Positions 29,412 through 38,373 are shown, numbered from the stretch's first letter. The stretch: 64,000 nucleotides of DNA from Verrucomicrobiota bacterium (GCA_021772615.1 JAJFLQ010000116.1:97744-161743); one strand, 5' to 3'. Translations and numbers: made by a program. Notes: a model not told the origin generated them from the sequence alone.

Positions 29412-29633
29412 GGAGTGCAGGCTTCAGCCTGACAGCGTATATGCGATGGCATTCGCACTTTAGTGAAACGTAGACACCCGATGCCTTTGGCCCCGGATGC
29501 TTTGGTGTGCCGCGGCGTTGCGAGCAAGGCGCGAAACCCACACTAAAGTGTGAACTCCAACTAATAGGACGCAAATCACACAGCTTTATTCTAATCGCAG
29601 AACCGCGGAAAATCAGGCTAAAGCCTGCACTCC
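29412..29633 (+). mobile_element. MITE-like composite repeat: 21-bp terminal inverted repeats flanking a B-type hairpin core
   Basis: The left end is GGAGTGCAGGCTTCAGCCTGA (29412-29432) and the right end is TCAGGCTAAAGCCTGCACTCC (29613-29633), its reverse complement with one mismatch. The internal core cgcgaaacccacactaaagtgtgaactccaac lies at 29530-29562. There is no ORF inside. Confidence 0.55.
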
Positions 29634-29671
29634 AAAATACCGGCAATCAAAGATCGTTGATCACAACACTG

Positions 29672-30766
29672 CTACCACGACCCGGACGCACCGCCGCCGC
29701 CGGACGAGCCACCGCCGCCAGAGAACCCGCCACCGCCGGATGATGATGAAAATCCGCCCCCAGATGAGAAACCACCACCGCTGGAACGGCTGGCACGCAC
29801 CAGCATGTCAATTGTATAGCGCTCCTCCTTCGTAAAGCCGCAAACTACACATTTGTATTCGCGGAAGCCGTAACCGCTTCTGGAATACGTCGGCGCCTTT
29901 TTAATGTACGTGCGCGTTTTGCGATAGGAGAGGTGGTCACATTTCATGCACTTCTTAAATTTCCAACTCCAGTAATTGCGATACGCAATTACCTTGATAT
30001 CCCCTGCTTCATCGGATACCCAGACATCATAATCGACGGATCCGATTTGTTCTTCTTTCTGTTGCCCTTTGTTGAGGTGTTTATCTTCGTGTTCCTCGGG
30101 CAATTTGTACATTGTCAGCCCACTCTTCTTGCTGACGCGCGGCCGGTTCCGCCGATAGCGCCGGAACAGACTGATCCAGATGATGATTGAAATCACCAGG
30201 AGGATCCACCAGAGGATCGTGTAGTCGCGATCGAGCATGCGACGTAGCGAACTCCCGCGTACTGCTATGTCGACAGATCCGCCTTTCAACACGTCAATGA
30301 CGGCTTTTGCTCCTTCATGCACACCCTTCCCGTACTCGCTCTTGCGAAAGTATGGGATCATAATCTCACGGATGATCCGACTGGCCGCGGCGTCGGTCAG
30401 AATACCTTCCAGTCCATAGCCGACTTCGATTCGGACTTTTCGATCCTGCAATGCCAATAACAACAACACCCCGTTGTCGAGGCCCTTCTGTCCAAGCCCC
30501 CAAGTGTTGAAAACCTCGTTGGCATAGCGCTCGAGGCGTTCGCCCTCCAGGCTCGGGACGGTCAGCACCACCACCTGGTTTCCCGTGGCGTTTTCGTGTA
30601 CCGCCAACTGCGTTTCGATCGTTTTCGCAAGATCGTCAGAAAATACCCCACCGTAGTCGTTGACCCGCGCGTAGAGGTGCGGGACGTCTTTCGCCGCCGC
30701 CGACATTGCGATCACAATACCGACTACCAACCATACGACACATGTTCCTGTCATACCCGATTTCAT
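29672..30766 (-). CDS. TPM (DUF477, YgcG-like) domain protein with a TM anchor, Cys-rich segment and Gly/Ser-rich C-terminal tail
   Basis: The N-terminal signal is followed by the TPM_phosphatase pattern (YARVNDYGGVFS...QVVVLTVPSLEG...LLLLALQDRKVRIEVGYGLEG). The C-terminal tail is SSGGGFSSGGGFSSSSGGGGFSGGGG. Confidence 0.7.
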   Translation of the reverse strand: MKSGMTGTCVVWLVVGIVIAMSAAAKDVPHLYARVNDYGGVFSDDLAKTIETQLAVHENATGNQVVVLTVPSLEGERLERYANEVFNTWGLGQKGLDNGVLLLLALQDRKVRIEVGYGLEGILTDAAASRIIREIMIPYFRKSEYGKGVHEGAKAVIDVLKGGSVDIAVRGSSLRRMLDRDYTILWWILLVISIIIWISLFRRYRRNRPRVSKKSGLTMYKLPEEHEDKHLNKGQQKEEQIGSVDYDVWVSDEAGDIKVIAYRNYWSWKFKKCMKCDHLSYRKTRTYIKKAPTYSRSGYGFREYKCVVCGFTKEERYTIDMLVRASRSSGGGFSSGGGFSSSSGGGGFSGGGGSSGGGGASGSW

Positions 30767-31422
30767 GGCTCACCCCGCGGCTCATCGCCGAGCTCATTGT
30801 CGTCATCGGCCGTGTTCCGTATACCACTCGCCTCGACCAGAGCAGCGCATGCGGCAATCGCGGTGCAGACACTGGTGCAGACGTCGCCCGCCCGGATGCC
30901 GGCGGCGAGAGCATCCACGATTTCCTGCCACTTCTGCGCCGGCACCAATTCCTCGATCCCGCAGTCACATAGAATGATCGCGCGCCGCTCGAAAAAACTC
31001 ACGTAAATCATGATCCCTGTACGCTGAGTTGTGTGGGTGACATCATGATCTACAAAATGTACCCTAGCCGCGCGATAGACGCTGCGATACATCGTCTCGC
31101 GTCCTGCAAGTAGTCGACGGAAGGCCGGCGCTGCGCCGACAAGCCAGGCTCCCGCGAGCCCGGATGTAAGACAGATCATAAGCCACAACCACGGCGGCAT
31201 GAAAATGACCACATCCACCGCCCTGTGCGCGAGTGTAAGTACAAGGCCCGCAATCGCAGCCGCGATGAATCCACCTCGCCAATAGACGGATTCGTAGGCA
31301 GCCGAAGCACGGGCAAATATCGGCACGATTTCGGCATTAATCCGCGATTCGGCAGCCTGCACGGCCGCGTGGATCTCGCGACGTTCCAATTCGGATAATA
31401 ACAGTTTAGACATAGCAATCAA
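30763..31422 (-). CDS. TPM-domain membrane protein (second YgcG-like paralog)
   Basis: A 219-aa product with a predicted TM segment after the N-terminal region and TPM-like motifs (HFVDHDVTHTTQRTGIMIYVSFFERRAIILCDCG). It overlaps the downstream TPM gene by 4 bp and sits beside lemA. Confidence 0.6.
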   Translation of the reverse strand: MIAMSKLLLSELERREIHAAVQAAESRINAEIVPIFARASAAYESVYWRGGFIAAAIAGLVLTLAHRAVDVVIFMPPWLWLMICLTSGLAGAWLVGAAPAFRRLLAGRETMYRSVYRAARVHFVDHDVTHTTQRTGIMIYVSFFERRAIILCDCGIEELVPAQKWQEIVDALAAGIRAGDVCTSVCTAIAACAALVEASGIRNTADDDNELGDEPRGEP

Positions 31423-32453
31423 TCAATTTTTATGGCCGGCGGCGCAAGCGCGTCACGGGCTTGCAGATACGGGCTCGATTTGAATCCCAGGAGATTACCG
31501 GGAAAACGCCGGCAGGCCCCATTGTAACGGCGGACGGCGTCGTTATAGCGCTTCCGCTCGACCGTTATTCGATTTTCCGAACCTTCGAGCTGCGCCTGCA
31601 GCGCAAGAAAATTCTCGGTCACGACTTCCTGCGATCGCGCACCGTAACGCGTCAATACATCCGCCAATCCTGCGGACAGGCGTTCCTGCTTCTCCTGAAA
31701 CGCGGTTAGCGCGGCGTCATCGAGAGACTCTGGGGCGATTGACTCGTCGGCCACTGCGGCATGCGCCGCAAGCAGATCGTCAAGCGCGGTACGCTCGATG
31801 TCCGCAGCCGCGTTCACCATTGCGACGAGTTGCGGCACCAGATCCGCGCGCCGCTGGTACACATTCTCAACCTGCGACCACGCCGCGTTGACCTGTTCCT
31901 CATGGTCGATCAGACCATTGTATACGCTAAAAAACACGATCGCGACGCCGATAACGGCAGCTGCGGCAACGCCGGTGACCAGTTGCATCGAGCGACGACC
32001 GGCGGAGGCCGTTCGGTCGCGGTGCCGACGTCGTTTCTTTCGTAAGGCGCCTTTAAGTTCGAGCCCGGGCCGATAGTCCGGTTGCAGCGTCAAACACCGT
32101 TCGAGGTAACGCTGTGATGTGTCAAACAGATTCGGTTGAACATCGGCCTCCGCCCGATTCATCCACGCCTTCGCCAGCAGGGCATTCGCTTCAACAGACA
32201 ACGGCTGCAGCGCGACAGCGTGTTCGAGCGCGGTTGCGGCATCATGCCAATTATAGGATTCGAGATAGGCCCGGCCCTGATCGAGGTAGGTATCGGCCTT
32301 GTCCAGCGCGGCTTGATACTCCAACTCTGTGAGCCCGACATCGAGCGCAATCTGCTTCAGTCGCGCCTCCGTCAATTCGTTCTCTGGCTGCCGACACTCG
32401 AGGTCCAGCATCTTTTCGATAAATGGCTTTAACGCCTCTTCGATCTCCGCCAT
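31419..32453 (-). CDS. LemA family protein with an N-terminal TPR-like extension
   Basis: The C-terminal 190 aa match LemA (TM helix followed by AAWSQVENVYQRRADLVPQLV...RKRYNDAVRRYN...FPGNLLGFK). The N-terminal helical-repeat region of about 150 aa looks TPR-like. Confidence 0.7.
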   Translation of the reverse strand: MAEIEEALKPFIEKMLDLECRQPENELTEARLKQIALDVGLTELEYQAALDKADTYLDQGRAYLESYNWHDAATALEHAVALQPLSVEANALLAKAWMNRAEADVQPNLFDTSQRYLERCLTLQPDYRPGLELKGALRKKRRRHRDRTASAGRRSMQLVTGVAAAAVIGVAIVFFSVYNGLIDHEEQVNAAWSQVENVYQRRADLVPQLVAMVNAAADIERTALDDLLAAHAAVADESIAPESLDDAALTAFQEKQERLSAGLADVLTRYGARSQEVVTENFLALQAQLEGSENRITVERKRYNDAVRRYNGACRRFPGNLLGFKSSPYLQARDALAPPAIKID

Positions 32454-33565
32454 CAGAGTTTCCGCTCATCATGCGATGCTTCAGGTTCTCCAATGCGATT
32501 CACGATATGACCATCCCGCGATTGCGAATCGATCCGAATTCCGATACAACCAAGAAACACCCGTATCGGCGTGTTCAACATGTCCGTCTCTTTGCGGTCA
32601 CGCAACTCGGCCACGAAATCATCAAGATGCCTGACATCGCCACTTATCCACTCCACGTTCTTGTCGACACGAAAACGATGCCGCTCTTGAAGATCCAGCA
32701 TGTGTACCTTCGTTTGCGACTTCGACGGTGGACTGAACGGAAACAATCGTCTCATCAATCTTGCCAGATCCCGGTGGTGAAAAATATGCAGCTCACATCG
32801 CGGACAACGTGTATAGCGAAAGAATCGCGTTTGCTGCGGCCTTTCCTCGAATCTCTCGTCGCAGCCGGCGCAATAGGCGACACGTTCCCGCCGCGCTGCT
32901 TTTTCCGCCAACGATTGAAGGCTCGGCCGGAATGCAGAATTAAGCAGTCCATACCGTGATACGATCCGCAGAATCACAAGCGTAAGCAGCACGATGTACA
33001 TGAAAAGTCCCCATTCGCCAAACACATTCGCGTTCCAAAGTCCGTGAAGGCAACAGGCGACAATGAATGCCGGCAGCAACCCGTAACCAATGCCCTTTTT
33101 CTTGAACTGATAAAATGCCATCCCCATCGGAGCGCTGAACGCGATATGACCGGGAATTGTCAAAATCGTTCGACTGATCAGCGTCGCCAAAGGCGCCTCG
33201 GCATTCACAACGTACATGACATCCTCGTACGTCGAAAATCCAAGCGCGACGCATGACATGTACACCACGCCGTCGACCAGCTCGTTCATATCATGCCTGA
33301 TCCGCGCGTACACGGCAGCCAGCGCCATAAGCTTCGACAGCTCTTCGACGGGCGCAATGACAAGAAAAGCACCGGCTGTGGTTGCGGGGCCATCAACGAA
33401 GGAATAAAAGACGGTCGCGAAAATGATGGACAACAGCCCGCCAACAAACGTGCAGTACAGCATCAGCGAGATCGGCTCTTTCTCGAACGTATCTTTCTCG
33501 CGGATATAAAAGATATACCCGACGCCGCAGACGAATGATATGACGACGTAGGCCAGTAATTGCAT
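32453..33565 (-). CDS. PrsW-family intramembrane metalloprotease with a C-terminal zinc-ribbon-like extension
   Basis: A multi-TM N-terminus carries the PrsW motifs EELSK (EExxK), FSTYED (FxxxE) and HxxxN (HGLWN). The C-terminal soluble part carries CxxC...CxxC (CAGCDERF...CPRCELH). Confidence 0.7.
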   Translation of the reverse strand: MQLLAYVVISFVCGVGYIFYIREKDTFEKEPISLMLYCTFVGGLLSIIFATVFYSFVDGPATTAGAFLVIAPVEELSKLMALAAVYARIRHDMNELVDGVVYMSCVALGFSTYEDVMYVVNAEAPLATLISRTILTIPGHIAFSAPMGMAFYQFKKKGIGYGLLPAFIVACCLHGLWNANVFGEWGLFMYIVLLTLVILRIVSRYGLLNSAFRPSLQSLAEKAARRERVAYCAGCDERFEERPQQTRFFRYTRCPRCELHIFHHRDLARLMRRLFPFSPPSKSQTKVHMLDLQERHRFRVDKNVEWISGDVRHLDDFVAELRDRKETDMLNTPIRVFLGCIGIRIDSQSRDGHIVNRIGEPEASHDERKL

Positions 33566-33759
33566 GCTGTCCTTTCTTTGCGAATGGTGTGGTGTGGGGG
33601 TGTTCTAACTGAGGACGCAAAGATAGCGAGAACTATGATGATCTCAAGTCCTTCGGCCTTGTTTAGAATTGCATTTTGTGCGTGGCCGGTGTCAAATACG
33701 CTACATATACTATGATCGCGTTGGAGTTAACGGATTTCTGAAACAGGGAGGCATGTATT

Positions 33760-34080
33760 ATGCATGATTTTAAGGCAATTGAACAAACATTAGAAGACCG
33801 CCTGGTTGCACTGACCAAACGAATGGAAGACATCGACGACAGCCTCGGCGCTACGAGCGATGATGATTTCGCAGAAATGGCTACAGAATCGGAGAATGAC
33901 GAGACCCTTGAAGCCGTAGGCCATGCGACGGAAGACGAAGTCAAGCAAATTGTCCTCGCTCTGGAGCGAGTAAAATCGGGGACCTATGGTAAATGTTCGT
34001 CGTGTGGGCGTGCGATTTCCGCGGAGCGCCTGGAGGCTGTCCCCTATGCGATCCGCTGCATTGACTGTGCCCGCGGGTAG
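33760..34080 (+). CDS. DksA/TraR family C4-type zinc-finger protein
   Basis: A 106-aa product with an acidic coiled-coil N-terminus and a C-terminal CSSCGRAI...CIDC (C4 zinc finger). The size and pattern fit TraR/DksA. Confidence 0.75.
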   Translation: MHDFKAIEQTLEDRLVALTKRMEDIDDSLGATSDDDFAEMATESENDETLEAVGHATEDEVKQIVLALERVKSGTYGKCSSCGRAISAERLEAVPYAIRCIDCARG

Positions 34081-34517
34081 CCCGCATAGCGCTGCGCGTG
34101 GTTGCGCTGGTGGGACGTTCAGTTAGCATATCAATCTTGCGTGTTCGATCAGAGGAAGTAAGGTGTGCCCTCTCATGCGCGACCATAGCACATCGCATGG
34201 GCAATCATACCATGCTTGTTCCAGCAGACGGGCATACTGTTGAACCAGCGATCTTATTCGCTCCTCCTGCGTGGATGCTGTAGAGCCTGCATTTAGCGGC
34301 TCCGAAAATATCAGCCGATCTTTTCCATCTGGAGTACGTTCGTAGTTAATCGCAACGACCGCGGCGCCGCTCAGTAGAGCCAACTCAGTAAATCCAGTCC
34401 TGAAATGTCGAAGTCGACCGAAAAACGGTAGTGCGATTCCCGCCAACACGACATCAAGGCTGCAGTTGATTTCGGTGGGGCGGCTCGTTACTGTATCGGC
34501 AAATCTGAACAAACTGG

Positions 34518-34542
34518 CGGTCTGGTCAGGTAACGACCAGAC
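34518..34542 (+). promoter_or_regulatory. Inverted repeat GGTCTGGTC-N7-GACCAGACC about 40 bp upstream of the pspA-like start
   Basis: 9-bp perfect arms are seen in the sequence. Its position between the likely promoter and the ribosome-binding site of the PspA gene suggests an operator or RNA hairpin. Confidence 0.4.
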
Positions 34543-34581
34543 CGTTCCAAAGCGAGAGGAAAATCCAACCGGGAGGACATT

Positions 34582-35355
34582 ATGGGAATTTTCAGATCGA
34601 TTTACCGATACATCATTACGCTCGGCGGACTGATCGAGAGCGGGATCGACGGCAGTACCGACGACCTGCTGTCCACACCGTCCGGGATCAAGGCCAGCTA
34701 TCAGAAAACCCGCGAAAACTGGACGCAGCAATACAGTGAAGTCCGTGAGGCCGTGGCGCACCTGATGATGGTGCTGGAACAGAAACGCAAACGCGTGAAC
34801 GAACTCAAGGCCGAAGCGGATCAGGTCAAGATCAAACTCAAGGGTGCAGTCGGCAAGTTCAAAGAAACGAACGACACACGTTACCAGCAGGCATTCAACG
34901 AGCTGTACACCCGGGACCAGGCGATCGGGGTAGAACAGGAACAACTCGACAAAGACGTTCAGGAACTCCACGCCAAGGTCGACACCTACAAGGTCAAGCT
35001 GAACGATATGCAGAAGCGCATCACCGACCTCAAGAAGAAGGAAGCTTCGGCGATCGCGGACATTGTCAGCAGCCAGCAGATTATCAAGCTGAACGACCGT
35101 CTCAATCACTTGAGCACGGATCTTGATGACCGCAATCTTCAGGCAATCGAAGAGCGCCGCCAGAACCTCGGCGCCCAAGCGAAACTGTCCGGAGAATTGG
35201 CGGCGGTAGAAGACGCCCCGAACATTGATCAGGAACTGATGGCAGCAGGCATGAAATCGGAAGCAGCCGACATTTTTGCTGCAATGCTAGCCGAAGAGGA
35301 TAAGACGCCGGCGACCGCAACGGAAAAGGCCGCAGCGGAAGGCCGCGAGCTTTAG
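34582..35355 (+). CDS. pspA: PspA/IM30 (Vipp1) family protein, the bacterial ESCRT-III superfamily homolog
   Basis: A canonical MGIF N-terminus with a 257-aa all-helical coiled-coil composition (EQKRKRVNELKAEADQVKIKLK...) and the PspA length range. The antisense ORF at 34123-35178 is rejected as a shadow. Confidence 0.8.
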   Translation: MGIFRSIYRYIITLGGLIESGIDGSTDDLLSTPSGIKASYQKTRENWTQQYSEVREAVAHLMMVLEQKRKRVNELKAEADQVKIKLKGAVGKFKETNDTRYQQAFNELYTRDQAIGVEQEQLDKDVQELHAKVDTYKVKLNDMQKRITDLKKKEASAIADIVSSQQIIKLNDRLNHLSTDLDDRNLQAIEERRQNLGAQAKLSGELAAVEDAPNIDQELMAAGMKSEAADIFAAMLAEEDKTPATATEKAAAEGREL

Positions 35356-35523
35356 TGTCACGAACAAGCCCGGGGCCTCTGGCACAATGTCACCAAGCTA
35401 AGGAAACATGCAATAAGACCGCCGAATATCGAACAAGAAATTCTGAATTTCGAAGGGTAAAACTTCAGCATTCAACATTTCTTGTTCTGGGTTCCACATC
35501 CTTGATTTAGTGACATTAGGCCT

Positions 35524-35576
35524 CAGGCGCTGGAAAGCCATCCCGCGGAACGGGATGAACGCCAACGAAAGGCGTC
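35524..35576 (+). repeat. Hairpin repeat family, A-type copy located between pspA and the AAA ATPase gene
   Basis: caggcgctggaaagccatcccgcggaacgggatgaacgccaacgaaaggcgtc has a perfect 8-bp stem (CATCCCGC/GCGGGATG). Confidence 0.8.
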
Positions 35577-35672
35577 AATACCGTGCCCCTCCGGAGCCGG
35601 CAATCAGATCTCCCGGCGGCAATTTCAAAACCGTTTAATACTGTGCGCTCTGAAAATGGGATATCCTGCCGT

Positions 35673-37451
35673 ATGAAGGTCGTTGCGTCGACGTCCGTTG
35701 CTGATCTGCCGTTCATGCAGCGGTTGCGCGAGGCATATGTCTCGCACCAGTCCAATCAGTTCTTGATAAGCGGCAACGTGAGTGACGTGTTTCGCTGCCC
35801 GTGGTTACGCGGTGGCGACGTCTTTACAAACGCCGGCTACAGTAGCCTGAGCGCGTACCTCACCGACCGCCTGTCTATGACCGACCGGATGGTCATACGC
35901 TACAATATCGCCCGCGGCATTCGCTTTCGTACGGACGCCGACCGCACCCGCGCTCACGCCCTTTACGATTCGATATTCACGGCCAATGAACGCAAGATAG
36001 GTCTTAGCAACTTCGACGAGGTCATCGGCAAGAGCGCGGCCTATGTCTTCCCGTCATTGGTGCTGCTGCGAAAACTGTGTTCACTGGCACAGAACGGTGC
36101 GCCCGGCAAAGGATCGATCGCGATCATTTTCGAGTTCGCGGATTCTATTCTACCGAACGCTCCGGCTGATCGTATGTCGGACGCAGACCGCCGGCGCCTG
36201 ATCTTCTTCAAGGAATGGTTTCGAGATCCGGCGTTCATTGCCTCCAAACACCTCGCCATTCTCTGTGCCGACGCAGCCGGAGCCGTGAATGAATCGATAC
36301 GCTCGCTGCCGCACATGGTCCCCATCAATGTGCCGCTCCCGGACACGTCGGAACGCAGGCGCTTTATCCGCTGGTGCCTGCGCACTCAGTCCGATGTCCG
36401 CCTGAGCGGTACACAGACGGCATTTGCGGAACTCAGCGCCGGAATGACACTGCTCGACATTCAACAGATCATGCGTCTCGCCTGTCACCGGCGCGGCAAA
36501 TTGCGGCGTCAGGATTTCATCGGCTATCTCAACCGCTTGCTGATCAGCAAGATCGGCGATTATGTGGAGATCGTGCGCCCGGACTACGCGCTTGACGCCG
36601 TGGTCGGAAATACCGAACTCAAGCAACATCTGACGCGGCTGAAGACCGTATTGCAGCGCGGCGACGCCGATGCGGCGCCAACCGGCGTACTCATTACGGG
36701 CCCGAACGGCGTCGGCAAGACCTTTATTACCATGGCATGGGCGGGAGAATGCAACCGGATCGTGCTGATTCTGAAGAACCTGCGAAGTTCGTGGTTCGGC
36801 GAGACCGATCAGATATTCGAAAAGATTCGCAACGTGTTGTCGGTATTGGGAAATGTCATGATTATCGTCGACGAGGCCGACACGGTATTTGCCAAGCCCG
36901 GGCATCAAACCCACGCGACAGAACAGCGATTGTTCGGCAATGTCATAAGCATGATGAGTGACCGCCGCAACCGGTCGCGAATACTGTGGGTGCTCATGAC
37001 GGCGCGGCCCGACAATCTTGCGCCGGATTTCAAACGCAGCGGGCGATGCGGCCTGCACCTGCCCGTCTTCGACCCGGAAGGCGCAGATCGCGAGGCGTTC
37101 CTTGACTACGTCCTCAAACGCAGCGGCGTCAGCGCCGATTCCGTGTCGGCGGCAAGGCGCCGCAAGCTGTTAAAAATGTCCGCCGGATACAGCCCTGCCG
37201 ATTTCCGGGAATTAATTGCAGAATTCAAGATGGAGGCTATAGTCCGCAAGTCGCCGGTTACAATGGCTATATGCCTTGATGTGCTGCAGGATTTTATCCC
37301 CGGAGAAATAACAGTTCAGCGCCGCCTGCAGACCCTCCAGGCGGTGATGCACTGTTCCCGCCGATCGCTGTTGCCGGACACATTGCGATCGGCATCAAAA
37401 GTGGAGGTTCAGGAGGAAATTAATACGCTGCAGAGGCAACTGCAGAGATAG
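35673..37451 (+). CDS. Classic-clade AAA ATPase (Vps4/spastin/FtsH-like ATPase module) with a roughly 330-aa N-terminal region of unknown function
   Basis: The start is taken at MKVVAS, because the longer ORF overlaps the repeat at 35524. Motifs seen: Walker A GVLITGPNGVGKTF, Walker B VMIIVDEAD, sensor-1 and SRH-like VLMTARPDNLAPDFKRSGRCGLHL (compare ATNRPDxLDxAxLRPGRFD), and a FGETDQIFEKIR stretch (compare GESEKLVRxLF). The N-terminal region carries degenerate P-loop-like stretches and may be an inactive AAA-like D1. Confidence 0.8.
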   Translation: MKVVASTSVADLPFMQRLREAYVSHQSNQFLISGNVSDVFRCPWLRGGDVFTNAGYSSLSAYLTDRLSMTDRMVIRYNIARGIRFRTDADRTRAHALYDSIFTANERKIGLSNFDEVIGKSAAYVFPSLVLLRKLCSLAQNGAPGKGSIAIIFEFADSILPNAPADRMSDADRRRLIFFKEWFRDPAFIASKHLAILCADAAGAVNESIRSLPHMVPINVPLPDTSERRRFIRWCLRTQSDVRLSGTQTAFAELSAGMTLLDIQQIMRLACHRRGKLRRQDFIGYLNRLLISKIGDYVEIVRPDYALDAVVGNTELKQHLTRLKTVLQRGDADAAPTGVLITGPNGVGKTFITMAWAGECNRIVLILKNLRSSWFGETDQIFEKIRNVLSVLGNVMIIVDEADTVFAKPGHQTHATEQRLFGNVISMMSDRRNRSRILWVLMTARPDNLAPDFKRSGRCGLHLPVFDPEGADREAFLDYVLKRSGVSADSVSAARRRKLLKMSAGYSPADFRELIAEFKMEAIVRKSPVTMAICLDVLQDFIPGEITVQRRLQTLQAVMHCSRRSLLPDTLRSASKVEVQEEINTLQRQLQR

Positions 37452-37495
37452 TTGGGAGTGAAGTCAACAGGCAACGATTAACCGAAGAAAAAACA

Positions 37496-37912
37496 ATGGC
37501 ACAGATACCTAATGATCCAAAATATGTGTATGCTGATATCCTTATCGCGCTGGCACATTGCGACGACCATGTCGATGGGCGCGAACGGGAGTTCCTGAAC
37601 GGTGTGTTCAAGGATATGGACCTCGATTTGAAGATCACAGACCTGATGTGGGAAACGCCGCGAACGCTCGATGTCGTCGAGGCGATCCTTGCAGACGTGA
37701 CAGACGAATCGTTCAAGCGTTGTCTGCTAAAGGACTGTTTTCTCCTCGCATACGCAGACGACATGGTCGTCCCGGAAGAAAACAAGTTCATCCAGCACCT
37801 GTGTGCGATGCTCAATATCGACGACGAGGTCGAGGAACGGATCGAAAAATGGGTCGAGGATGCCCTTGACCATAACGCTGAAGCACAGGAGTTGTTCGGC
37901 CACTGCGCCTGA
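37496..37912 (+). CDS. TerB-like (tellurite-resistance TerB / DjlA N-terminal domain family) protein
   Basis: A 138-aa acidic helical protein with ALAHCDDHVDGREREFL, comparable to the TerB AKADGxxxxEE pattern. It lies 45 bp downstream of the AAA ATPase and is probably cotranscribed. Confidence 0.5.
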   Translation: MAQIPNDPKYVYADILIALAHCDDHVDGREREFLNGVFKDMDLDLKITDLMWETPRTLDVVEAILADVTDESFKRCLLKDCFLLAYADDMVVPEENKFIQHLCAMLNIDDEVEERIEKWVEDALDHNAEAQELFGHCA

Positions 37913-38252
37913 CTGCTGATGTTCGGATTCTGCCCGTGGGGGGCTAATATTCCATACCGTCTTACGTATCAATAGTAGAAACACGGTTGTTTGCGCGTTG
38001 GAACGACGGCAGACGCCTTGATTCACGGCTGCATGGACGAAAACACGTCGGCGATGCCGGTGGCACGCCTCTTCATTCTTTCGCCGTGGGTTTCCACCAG
38101 TATCATTATGCGGCATCCGCGTTAGGTTCTATCAGACACGCAATTTTCCGGCATTCCGCCGGGCCGCACTGAGTGGTAACACGACTGGCGGACAGCAACC
38201 TCCGCGAGCGCCGGTACGTTCGCGGGACGTTCTACTATTCCAGCTAAACCCC

Positions 38253-38268
38253 GGGCACAATTGTGCCC
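38253..38268 (+). promoter_or_regulatory. Perfect 16-bp palindrome GGGCACAATTGTGCCC about 105 bp upstream of the nfeD/flotillin operon
   Basis: The palindrome is seen directly in the sequence. It resembles a dimeric regulator operator. The half-site GGCAC also resembles a sigma-54 -24 element, but no -12 TTGC follows at the correct spacing. Confidence 0.4.
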
Positions 38269-38373
38269 TCCCGGAAGAACGTATAAGCAATACCGCGGAA
38301 TGTACGCAGCCTGCACAGTAAACACTAAAGCCTGACACCATCGGATGCCGGGCGGCAACGCACGTGGTTTAGA

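Noticed and set aside
34123-35178. 351-aa minus-strand ORF spanning the pspA region
   Set aside because: It is antisense to the convincing PspA/IM30 gene, which has the canonical MGIF start and coiled-coil composition. It has a leucine/valine-rich shadow composition. Its 3' part lies in a hairpin-containing intergenic region, and no motif is recognisable.
36150-37058. 302-aa minus-strand ORF inside the AAA ATPase gene
   Set aside because: It is antisense to the frame carrying Walker A/B and SRH motifs.
38065-38085. TGGCAC-N5-TTCAT as a sigma-54 promoter upstream of nfeD
   Set aside because: The -12 element is TTCA rather than TTGC. It is too weak a match to call without a position weight matrix scan.
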